Origin: SAR324 cluster bacterium
GTDB lineage: Bacteria > SAR324 > NAC60-12
DNA length: 64,000 bases
NCBI GenBank assembly: GCA_015231885.1
Contig: JADGAT010000016.1
Span: 660 to 64,659 of the forward strand
Direction of reading: 5' to 3'
The first letter of the stretch is position 1, and every line of letters starts with the position of its first letter. The notes below the pieces were generated by a model. That model was given only the letters and a program-made list of their open reading frames with translations, was not told the origin of the DNA and did not search any database. A program made the translations under genes and the position numbers. Of the stretch, positions 9,024 to 17,680 are shown piece by piece.

Positions 9024-12000
9024 ATGCTCATGAGTACTAAAGTAACGTCACATTCCAAACACTCCGGCTTTAATCGAGATTTGCAGCTTGAAAAAGGAAT
9101 CAGCGGCTTTGTCACAGCAATGAGCGGTTTGGACCGGGATGGGGAGCGAAGCATTCACAAAAACCCTTATTTGAAGTTATTGAAAGAAACGATCAAGCAG
9201 GCATCCAATCTGGATGAAAAACGAGATCGCATTGCAGAAGCATTGATTGTTCATCTTGGGTTTCAACGAATCAAATACTATTCCGTCCTGCCCAAAGGAA
9301 GCTCCTACTTTGTCAAGTCAGAGCAGGTATGGGAAAGAGTGGAAGGGCCAGCAGGTCAGATTCAAATCACCAAAGCCGCATTGGAAGCATCCAAATACTA
9401 CCCTGGAAAGTTCGTGGAAGCAGAAAGTGCCATGGAACGCACCATTTTGATGGGCCAGCGCATCGTTTCGGATGTTGCGTCAGAACCCTACTACCGAAAT
9501 GAATTTACTGCCAATGATCCATTTGTGATGGTTCGTGTTGTGGGGGATGATAGTAAGGTCGCCGGAGTTTTAAAGGCTGATGCTTTTGAATATTCTCCAA
9601 CCAAACCAACGACATGGGTAGAAAAAGACCTCCAGGATAAAATGAAACTCATGAAATCTTTGGTTGAAAATCTAACCTTAGAGCTCATTAGCAACAACCC
9701 TGCTTCGTTTATTCAGCACCGTCCCATCAATGAGATAATTCAGGCAAATAAGAAAAATCTGCACCGCATCAATGACATCCGCAGCCTGCAGAAAGTGCTG
9801 ATTCAATCTTCATCTTTGACCAAAGAGCTTTTTATCAAAATTGGACAGACCCTGCTTTCCGACCGTTTTGGATTTACTGCCCTGCGGGTGTATTACCGCG
9901 ATCCTGCCACCAATACGGTCAAGTCAGGCAGGGTGATGGAAAAAGGAGATGAATTTCCCCACATTAACTTCAATTCTTCATACTGGAATACAGGATTTGG
10001 CCGCATGCTCCATCAGGGAGAAATCTTTGAAACGGCGGCTCGTACCAATCGTCCTATTGTGGTGGCAGATCCTGCAAATGACTATCGCTGCAGTGAAACA
10101 AGAAATCCGTTTTTGGATGATCCGTCTTCCAGTACCAAACCCTTTATTGTATTTCCCATTGGGCCTTATGGAAAAGATGGATTTATTAAACTCGACGGAT
10201 CTTCCATCGACATGGAAACCGATATTGAGCAGATGTATGGAAGTCTTTATGAACGATTGATGATCCTGGAACCATTGATCAAGCAAATTCAAATTTGCCG
10301 TGAAGAGGAGATGCAGCTCCCTTCCATTGAAGACACATGGCTGAAAGAATTCAAACTGGATATTTTTGACAACATATCTCCTCTTGAATTCAAAATAAGC
10401 ACCCTGAGAATTATGACAAAAACCGTTTTTCTCATGGATGAAAATGGGTTGGTGATTGATGAAATCAACACGATGCTGACAACGGACAGCCAAGGGCCCA
10501 TATTGTTGGAGGCATTAAGGTTTCTCAAGACAGTGATACAAAGCAGCCATGTTTCCCTGGAAAGCAAAACCAGTGTCTTTGACAGAGTGGTTGATCTTTA
10601 TAGGAACAACACCAGTGTGACTGCTGAAATGCGGCTGATTATGATCAATATCCTTTCCCTGCTGCAAAGGTTCTTTCCAAAATCTGGAATTTCCTGGCAT
10701 CAAGTCTATTTTGAATTAAGTGACATCAGTAACAACCCCCGGGTTATCTCTGCTTGGGTTAAAAGCATGCTGCACTTCATTCACATTCGTTCGATTCGAG
10801 ACAAGAAGCAAATTAATGAATACCTGGACATCATCAAGCGCATCACCTACCAAAGTCCGCTCAGCAAAAAAGATTATTTTCATGCCTGGGGTGTTTTAGC
10901 ACTGACCGGAGTATTGGACTCCGACTCCATGGTTCACTCCATTGAGCAAATGAAAGAGTATCTCAAGCGGGTTCCCCATGAACTGCCGCAAGTCTTTTCT
11001 TATGTTGCGACCATCCTGAATTCCATGGGAAATGTGTATGCCTTCAAAGAGCTTCCCAAGCGCCAAAGAAAAATCATCGAAAAAAGTTTATTTAAGTTTT
11101 TAAACCATTCCAGTCTGCATTATCGTCAGGTTGCGATTGTTGTCCTGGGAGACATGGCATTGAATCCCATGATCTCCAGAAAGAAAAGAATGCAGTTCAT
11201 TGACAAACTCATCCTGCAGCTGTATGACTCCTCTCCGATTATCCAGGAAAGTGCCATTTCTGTGTTGGTGAATATGAGCCACGAGGCCGAGTTCATTGTC
11301 AGAGAATATCAAAATGCTGGAAAAGCAAGTAAGCATGTCAAAAGTTTGTTAAAAGAAATTATCAACACTTACAACCGTCCTAATGATTTGAGTGGGGCTC
11401 GTGTGATGAGTGTTGATTTGAATGGAGAAGGACTTGGATTTGCCTCAGTCGGACCTAAATCGGAAAATCTTATTAAGCTCAATGAAAATATCAAAAGGAT
11501 CAGCCAGCTGCTGCATGTCCATAATATGTATGTTCCTAATGAAGTCACCTTAGCCAGCACCGAATATCAAGAATTTATCAGACAGGCAAAACTATCTTCG
11601 AAACTGGAAAAAACCCTGACGGCCATTGATTTTGAACAGTCGGCTCCTGATCTGCAGCTTCAATTGCAGACAGCTCACGAAAAGATTGAAAATCTATTCA
11701 TTCGAACCGAATTGCCTCCAGAAATCAAATACTCACTGGGATCTATTTTTATGGGCCACAAAGAATATTTTTTACAAAAAGGTATTTTATTTCCTGGTTT
11801 TGCGGCACGATCAGCGGCTGATGATGAGGATAAAAAGGATACAACGGCAGCCGGAAGATATGCCACTTTTCCTAATATCCAAACTTTAGAAGAACTGGAA
11901 TACTATGTGAAGCGGGTTTGGGCATCCCTCTGGTCACCAGAAGCCATGATTCATCGAAATTTGACAGGGTTGTCCCAAGCCGTTGATACAGTAAAGATGT

Positions 12001-13817
12001 CTGTTATCATCCAGATCATGGCTCCGGAAGTACAGACGTCGGGAGTGATTTTTGTTCAGAACAATGACGGTTGTCTGGATATGGAAATCAGCGCAGGATT
12101 TGGTCAATCCTGTGGGACAAGAAACAATGACAATACCGACCTCATCAAAGTGAAAGGAACTGAAATTCAGATAGAAATAGAAAGACAATATTTTCAAATT
12201 ATTACTGATGAAGAGGGGGAAGAAAAACAGGTTGAATTGTCAATAGAAGAAGGCAGCAGACAGAAGCTCACTACAGCACAAATAGAGCAGTTGATCCTTT
12301 CTGCCCGTGAATTGAGTAATGACCTTCTTTCGCCAGGGTTCCAGAATACACTCAATGACTTAGAATTTGCCATTGTCCCAAGCAATCGAGATCCTGGATA
12401 TCAAATTGCCTGGCTGCAGCAGCGCTACATGACAATGGATGAAGTGACAACGGAAGACGTATCAAATTTTGAAAGCACACCCCATGTCGTGTCTTCTGAT
12501 AAAGAACCTTATATCTACGGGAAAGCGTGTGGCATGGTACAGATCATGACGGAGGAAGATGTGTTTGATGAAGTTAAAAAACGCCAAATTCTGAAACACT
12601 CAGGAGGAAAGATATTGGTTTCCAATCGGCTTGATGAAGAAAACTTACCTTTGTTTTTTGGAAAGGAGGCCCCTGCTTTTGTCATTATTGAAATTGGTTC
12701 CAAGGCATCACACATTGTAAGAGAAGCCGATCAATTACTTAGAAAATACGGGAGAAGAATTCCCGTCATTAAAATCCAGCATGCCACCCAGTTGTTCGCA
12801 GGCATTTCTGAAGTATCCATCGAAGCCAAAGAGGGGGGACACCATCTCTATTTCCAAAATGAAAAAGACAAACAGGTTTTTATTGAGCGGCAGAGCAAGC
12901 TGAATGACAAAAAAGAAACTACTTTTGCCGAGAAATACTCAACTCCAGCAAAGCCTGTGATCTCTATCGAAGATTATCATTTGGAAGCATTGCCGGTTAA
13001 CCAGCAAACCCTTTTGAAAAGAACCGACTATGAAGTATCCATACAGGTCCTGATTGAAAAGGGAACTGACCTGCCAGGGAAAGTCGAAAACGTATTGAAC
13101 AGCCTGTATGCCATCAATACAATGCGTAAGGACCTTTTTACCACCAGTTTCACCAGCCAAATCGAGGCTCCTGACGAGTATGATCGAACTGCGGACTACC
13201 TGGGAGAAATCTATATGTTTTTCATTTCTATCCAGCGTTTTGGCACACCAGGTAAAATTACGGGGAAAATTCAAACAGCAGGCATAGAAAATGGGAAAAG
13301 GCTGACAGATCCTGAGCACAGTCTGTATCAAATTTCAACAATCATCCACCAAACGAATCAGCTCATCGAAGTCATCAATAAAACATGTTGGAAAGGTCAG
13401 TGGAGTCCCAGGCTGCTCGAATACTATTGTCCAAGCCCGCATGATGGATTAATTCCAAGCAGCAAAAGTTTTGCGATCCATGCAAAAGATTGGAGTATTA
13501 TTGTGGAAACATCGGATGATGAACTCATTTTTCATGATGCGGTGTATCAGCTCTTCCCAGTGTCAGAAAAACCTTTATTGCTGAGAGGATTGACACAAGG
13601 CAGTGTCAACGGCGGAGGTAAGCTTTGGATTGGATTTCGAGATACCACTCTTTTTAATACAACAGAAAAACAAGCACACATTTTGGCAGAGGCTGCTGGC
13701 TACTTTCTGAAACAAGGCTTTCATCCGAACCTGGATGTTCAGATTATGGAGGCAGGAACCATGTTTGGAGGCCCATTGAAAGAACACATGACATTATTTG
13801 AGCTGAGCCGGATTTGA
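9024..13817 (+). CDS. Giant multidomain protein: N-terminal GAF-like region, HEAT/armadillo-like repeats, then a PEP-utilizing-enzyme module (PPDK-N ATP-grasp nucleotide-binding domain plus phosphohistidine mobile domain), and a C-terminal region of unknown function
   Basis: 1597-aa uninterrupted ORF. The segment 'VWASLWSPEAMIHRNLTG...VIIQIMAPEVQTSGVIFVQN' matches the PEP-synthase / rifampin-phosphotransferase ATP-binding domain. 'IGSKASHIVREAD...RRIPV' resembles the GGRTSHAAIVAREL phosphohistidine loop. Confidence 0.7.
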   Translation: MLMSTKVTSHSKHSGFNRDLQLEKGISGFVTAMSGLDRDGERSIHKNPYLKLLKETIKQASNLDEKRDRIAEALIVHLGFQRIKYYSVLPKGSSYFVKSEQVWERVEGPAGQIQITKAALEASKYYPGKFVEAESAMERTILMGQRIVSDVASEPYYRNEFTANDPFVMVRVVGDDSKVAGVLKADAFEYSPTKPTTWVEKDLQDKMKLMKSLVENLTLELISNNPASFIQHRPINEIIQANKKNLHRINDIRSLQKVLIQSSSLTKELFIKIGQTLLSDRFGFTALRVYYRDPATNTVKSGRVMEKGDEFPHINFNSSYWNTGFGRMLHQGEIFETAARTNRPIVVADPANDYRCSETRNPFLDDPSSSTKPFIVFPIGPYGKDGFIKLDGSSIDMETDIEQMYGSLYERLMILEPLIKQIQICREEEMQLPSIEDTWLKEFKLDIFDNISPLEFKISTLRIMTKTVFLMDENGLVIDEINTMLTTDSQGPILLEALRFLKTVIQSSHVSLESKTSVFDRVVDLYRNNTSVTAEMRLIMINILSLLQRFFPKSGISWHQVYFELSDISNNPRVISAWVKSMLHFIHIRSIRDKKQINEYLDIIKRITYQSPLSKKDYFHAWGVLALTGVLDSDSMVHSIEQMKEYLKRVPHELPQVFSYVATILNSMGNVYAFKELPKRQRKIIEKSLFKFLNHSSLHYRQVAIVVLGDMALNPMISRKKRMQFIDKLILQLYDSSPIIQESAISVLVNMSHEAEFIVREYQNAGKASKHVKSLLKEIINTYNRPNDLSGARVMSVDLNGEGLGFASVGPKSENLIKLNENIKRISQLLHVHNMYVPNEVTLASTEYQEFIRQAKLSSKLEKTLTAIDFEQSAPDLQLQLQTAHEKIENLFIRTELPPEIKYSLGSIFMGHKEYFLQKGILFPGFAARSAADDEDKKDTTAAGRYATFPNIQTLEELEYYVKRVWASLWSPEAMIHRNLTGLSQAVDTVKMSVIIQIMAPEVQTSGVIFVQNNDGCLDMEISAGFGQSCGTRNNDNTDLIKVKGTEIQIEIERQYFQIITDEEGEEKQVELSIEEGSRQKLTTAQIEQLILSARELSNDLLSPGFQNTLNDLEFAIVPSNRDPGYQIAWLQQRYMTMDEVTTEDVSNFESTPHVVSSDKEPYIYGKACGMVQIMTEEDVFDEVKKRQILKHSGGKILVSNRLDEENLPLFFGKEAPAFVIIEIGSKASHIVREADQLLRKYGRRIPVIKIQHATQLFAGISEVSIEAKEGGHHLYFQNEKDKQVFIERQSKLNDKKETTFAEKYSTPAKPVISIEDYHLEALPVNQQTLLKRTDYEVSIQVLIEKGTDLPGKVENVLNSLYAINTMRKDLFTTSFTSQIEAPDEYDRTADYLGEIYMFFISIQRFGTPGKITGKIQTAGIENGKRLTDPEHSLYQISTIIHQTNQLIEVINKTCWKGQWSPRLLEYYCPSPHDGLIPSSKSFAIHAKDWSIIVETSDDELIFHDAVYQLFPVSEKPLLLRGLTQGSVNGGGKLWIGFRDTTLFNTTEKQAHILAEAAGYFLKQGFHPNLDVQIMEAGTMFGGPLKEHMTLFELSRI

Positions 13818-13822
13818 TTTTG

Positions 13823-14407
13823 TCATGTCTCAAAATCAACCCCTTCATCTTTTTCAAAAAAAGATTCTTCAGGTTCGGATGGATCTTCAAAAATGCTTGT
13901 TTCCTCATCAGTAGAAGCATCTTCGGCCAGCAAATATTCTTTCAGAGGATCAAAGTCTCCGTGAAAATAGCGAATTGTGGCCATGTGCTGATGTAAAAAC
14001 TCTTGTCCTGTTTGGCTGTCCAGCAGATCAACAAACCATTGGTAGGCGTGCGAAGATGGACTTTTTGAGATGTGAAGACCGAGACATCCCCTCAAAAAAC
14101 CCCCAAAATTGACCACCCCATCTTTGACTTCACTTTGTAATTCGGACGGCATTTCTCCGGAAAACCCCCTCACAACAACGGGCACTTCTAGAATATGCAA
14201 TTTTTTCAAATCTTCTATTTTCAACATGTCAAATGAATCAACATGCTGAGGATCAAATGTTAAGTATCCCGCATCCTGATAGTGAATCGTGATGCGGTCG
14301 TTCCTCTGTCTGGAGATTGTTGCAGAAAATCCATCCTGCTGATGAATAGTAACAAAGAAATCTTTGTCCCGCCGTTTTCCTTTTCGAATCCCGTATAAGA
14401 TAAACAT
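13823..14407 (-). CDS. Hypothetical protein (acidic C-terminus)
   Basis: 199-aa ORF, convergent with the giant gene and ending 6 bp from it. No recognisable domain. The start is probably at MFILYGIRKG. Confidence 0.45.
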   Translation of the reverse strand: MFILYGIRKGKRRDKDFFVTIHQQDGFSATISRQRNDRITIHYQDAGYLTFDPQHVDSFDMLKIEDLKKLHILEVPVVVRGFSGEMPSELQSEVKDGVVNFGGFLRGCLGLHISKSPSSHAYQWFVDLLDSQTGQEFLHQHMATIRYFHGDFDPLKEYLLAEDASTDEETSIFEDPSEPEESFFEKDEGVDFET

Positions 14408-14558
14408 TGCTGATTCTTTCATATTTCCTTTCGTAACTCTGCGATCAAGATACTATATAGCGCCAGATGATTCAAGACGTTCTGTCCCTGTGTCCGCATT
14501 AATTTTCCCTTCCACATAATGAATAATTTGACTACACGCGCTTTGTGTTGTATTTTTG

Positions 14559-14591
14559 ATATTATTTACAGTATTATTTACAGTATTATTT
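14559..14591 (+). promoter_or_regulatory. Tandem direct repeats (TATTATTTACAG x2.75) in the vapBC promoter region; candidate autoregulatory operator
   Basis: Two exact 12-bp repeats at 14559-14570 and 14571-14582, plus a partial third, lying 16 bp upstream of the vapB start. Confidence 0.4.
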
Positions 14592-14606
14592 TATACGAAG
14601 GTTAGA

Positions 14607-14852
14607 ATGCAAAGAATATCCGTGACACTTCCTGATGATGTCGTACAACGATTTCATGCAAAGGTTGAAAAAGGGGAACGTTCAAAATTTATTACGAATG
14701 CAATCAAAGAAGCTCTCCAAAAAGAAGAAAAATGGAAAGCATTTCAATCACTGACTCAATTCAAACCATTCGCGGTTTTCCGTGACTCAACAGAGGTGTT
14801 AAGAGAAATCAGAGAAAAAGGCCCTAAAGAGACATTAGAGGAGAAACAATAG
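14607..14852 (+). CDS. vapB: Ribbon-helix-helix (CopG/VapB-like) antitoxin
   Basis: 'MQRISVTLPDDVVQRFHAKV' is a typical RHH N-terminal beta-strand plus helix. GAAGG RBS upstream. The stop lies 1 nt before the PIN gene. Confidence 0.7.
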   Translation: MQRISVTLPDDVVQRFHAKVEKGERSKFITNAIKEALQKEEKWKAFQSLTQFKPFAVFRDSTEVLREIREKGPKETLEEKQ

Positions 14853-14853
14853 G

Positions 14854-15288
14854 ATGCCTTTATATATAATTGATTCTTCTGTATTTAATAAATTGTATTT
14901 AGAAGAGCCAGGAAGGAATACTGCTCTCATGATTTTCGAGCAGGCATCGAAAGGAAATATCAATTTATTGGCTCCTCAGTTATTATACTATGAGGTCATC
15001 GCAACAGCACAGTATTATAAATTACCCATAGGCTCTATTTCACAACTGCTAGATCAACAGATAAAATACAATCTACCCCTTGTCGAGCCCACAGAGGAAC
15101 ATCGGCATAAAGCTATTGAAATTATTCAGATGGGACATCCTAAGAATGGATCCCCAACAATTTATGATGCAATATTTCACGCTATTGCGATCATAGAAAA
15201 TGGAACATTTGTTACAGCAGATAGAAAACACTTTGTTAAGGCAAATACACTTGGTTACATTACGATGTTAGAGACATGGGAAGCATAA
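14854..15288 (+). CDS. vapC: PIN-domain toxin (VapC family)
   Basis: N-terminal 'YIIDSSVF' (first catalytic Asp), a central acidic residue, and C-terminal 'FVTADRKHF' (conserved Asp). 144 aa. Translationally coupled to the upstream RHH gene. Confidence 0.75.
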   Translation: MPLYIIDSSVFNKLYLEEPGRNTALMIFEQASKGNINLLAPQLLYYEVIATAQYYKLPIGSISQLLDQQIKYNLPLVEPTEEHRHKAIEIIQMGHPKNGSPTIYDAIFHAIAIIENGTFVTADRKHFVKANTLGYITMLETWEA

Positions 15289-15576
15289 TTATAAAAAAAC
15301 TGATCAATTTCAGGCTGGCACAACTCTCTCTTATAAGGATGCTCAAACAATAGCTGACTAAATCTTTGTCTTTCAGCGATCCGCTGAGTTGTCTTACCGG
15401 TAGCATATCTTGTTTGCCCTGTGCCAGATAAAACTCCTTGAACCTCGATGAAAATCCTGCGTAACTTTCGCATGTTATTATTTTCGTTTTCCTCAGAATT
15501 GCAAGTAATGGTTGACATCGGCATGAAGTGTCTGCACAATTCAGTCTCAATTCTTAATTTATTTGGAGGTAACCCC

Positions 15577-16032
15577 ATGGATACACAAAAAGTCCATCAA
15601 GATCACGTTGATATTTTCCCAAGCAAAAAATCCTGGATCAACCTGGAAAGCATCATGCAGGTTCAGGTCATTTCAGAGGTGGGGGCCTATGCCCTTGATC
15701 CGATAAGTGGTTGGCGGGCAGGTCATCCTGGCAAACAGACTCTTCGTTTTATTTTTAAGGAGCCGTTGAAACTTCGCCGTATCCGCCTGGTTTTCGAAGA
15801 AACCGAACTGGAGCGTGCCCAACAGTTTCTTTTGCGCTGGTCTTCCAAATCAACTGATTCGTATCAGGATATTATCACTCAGCAGTACAACTTCAGCCCA
15901 TCCGGCTCTATTTGTGAAGAAGAGGAATACGAAGTTGATTTAGATGGTGCAGTGTCACTGGAACTCCAAATAGATCCTGATATCCATGGTTCAGAAGCTT
16001 TTGCTTCGCTAAAACAAATTCAGCTGGCGTAG
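15577..16032 (+). CDS. Hypothetical protein
   Basis: 152-aa ORF starting at an ATG with a GGAGGT RBS. No recognised domain. Confidence 0.5.
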   Translation: MDTQKVHQDHVDIFPSKKSWINLESIMQVQVISEVGAYALDPISGWRAGHPGKQTLRFIFKEPLKLRRIRLVFEETELERAQQFLLRWSSKSTDSYQDIITQQYNFSPSGSICEEEEYEVDLDGAVSLELQIDPDIHGSEAFASLKQIQLA

Positions 16033-16497
16033 TTGATCGAGGGCTTTTTTGAATGCGAAGTTATTGATACCGCCTTCCAACAGACTCAACTGATTTGTAA
16101 ACTCAGCCCCCCTGCAGATATTCCTGTAGGGATTCTAACACATTCAACACATCCGTCCGGACTGCTCGTTCAATTTCTTTATTCTGTAAAGCGATTTGGA
16201 TCTCCTGGGAAGAAAGAGATCGCCACATACCTCGTTTCTCGCGATAACAGTTATTGTTTTAGCATTCCTTAGGATTCGTGCAGAAATAACGTTGACAAAG
16301 ATGAGGAAGTATTTTTTCTTGGCTACAAGGCGTCTTCAATTGTGCATACTGGAGTATGTGCCTTTGAAGACAACACCGTAGACGAGGAAAAAGACAAGTC
16401 ATCTGTAAAGGTTATTTATGTACGGGCCCTTAATGCCTGAAATACGAAAGAAAACTTTTTTAGTATCCACACACTCAACTGACACAAAGGAGATTGC

Positions 16498-17043
16498 ATG
16501 TTAAAACCAAACCCATTGAAATTTATAAACGTTCTAGCCATATTTATCGTTATTGTCACATGTTCGCTGAAAGCAGCAGCCCAAACTTCTATTGACAGCC
16601 TTCCCATCAGAAACTTAAGTCATCCTGAGGGAAATACATTTGCCAGCGGACAACCCACTAAAGAGGAATTTTCATCACTGGCTGAATTGGGAATCAAACA
16701 CATAATCAATCTCCGTCCTGCTGAAGAACAAAGTTGGAACGAAGGCGAATATGTTGAAGCACTTGGCATGAAATATCATTCGATACCTGTTGCGGGTGCG
16801 GCTGGAATTACTAAGGAAAATGCATTATTATTTGCTGCCACGCTAAAAGAAATTGGGGGAGCTCCCACGCTAGTACATTGCGCCAGTGGAAACCGAATTG
16901 GAGCCCTCATTGCCTTGCGCCAGGGATTATTAGAAGGGAAAGATATTGAAACGGCTGTGAATCATGGAAAATTATGGGGGCTCACCCGTTTAGAACCTTT
17001 AGTACGTGAGATGCTATCCAAATCTCTTTTGAGACCATTATGA
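16498..17043 (+). CDS. Secreted DUF442-type putative phosphatase / sulfurtransferase-fold protein (PTP-like Cys loop)
   Basis: N-terminal signal peptide. Contains a 'VHCASGNRIG' Cys-X4/5-Arg P-loop. Confidence 0.6.
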   Translation: MLKPNPLKFINVLAIFIVIVTCSLKAAAQTSIDSLPIRNLSHPEGNTFASGQPTKEEFSSLAELGIKHIINLRPAEEQSWNEGEYVEALGMKYHSIPVAGAAGITKENALLFAATLKEIGGAPTLVHCASGNRIGALIALRQGLLEGKDIETAVNHGKLWGLTRLEPLVREMLSKSLLRPL

Positions 17044-17324
17044 AAAAAACATTCAAACTGACCCACCCGAAAATCAAAGTTGCCAGGCTTGTTGAAGCCA
17101 TCAAGCATGAAGTGAGAAAATATCTAAAAAGAGAACGCAGGAAGAATTTACCGAAAGATGCTGATTTTTGGGATTTTGACTGCCGGTATGGTGATGACGA
17201 ATCCAGTAGTCAAGTCATCCATGTGTCTGATATTGATAAATTCATTAATCAGGCCGAGTTGAAGCAGCTGGAATCCTTTTATTTGGAAATTCTGGCCAAA
17301 CCTGGTTATCGAAAAAAAAGATAA
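17040..17324 (+). CDS. Small basic hypothetical protein
   Basis: 94 aa. Overlaps the upstream gene by 4 nt (ATGA), suggesting translational coupling. Confidence 0.45.
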   Translation: MKKTFKLTHPKIKVARLVEAIKHEVRKYLKRERRKNLPKDADFWDFDCRYGDDESSSQVIHVSDIDKFINQAELKQLESFYLEILAKPGYRKKR

Positions 17325-17680
17325 AGGAGGCTGTGTGATGTCGGAATTTGTTGAGATTTTATCCAGTTGTGTCCTTCAGTTTGTCAAAAAACGAATTGCT
17401 GATAGAATTGGCCCGACTTGACAAAAGCTGGGAAGGGATAGATTATATAGACAACCTTCTCGTTAATCATCATGCAGGAACAACTATGGCTTCTAGTTAT
17501 GTGATTGTGATTATATTATTTCCTCTCATTTTTTATATTTTCAACTGAGGAAAAAATTAATCTTAATGTTCTTAAGTAACTCTTTCTTTACGTGCTTTTG
17601 ATCCAATTGAACGTATTGCTGCAATTTTTCCGTTTTTCTCCGGCACCATTCTATAAACTTTTCTCAAAGGCAAGGTATCT

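Noticed and set aside
15255-15578. Minus-strand ORFs of 96 and 107 aa between vapC and the 15577 gene
   Set aside because: They overlap the 3' end of vapC and the start of the next gene. A shorter internal version (MRKLRRIFIEVQG…) could be a small protein. I found no RBS or family resemblance, so it is left uncalled.
16033-16497. Apparent 460-bp gap with short ORFs on both strands
   Set aside because: The ORFs are short (at most 79 aa), low-complexity and without RBS. The region between 16033 and the signal-peptide gene at 16498 is probably a non-coding promoter region.
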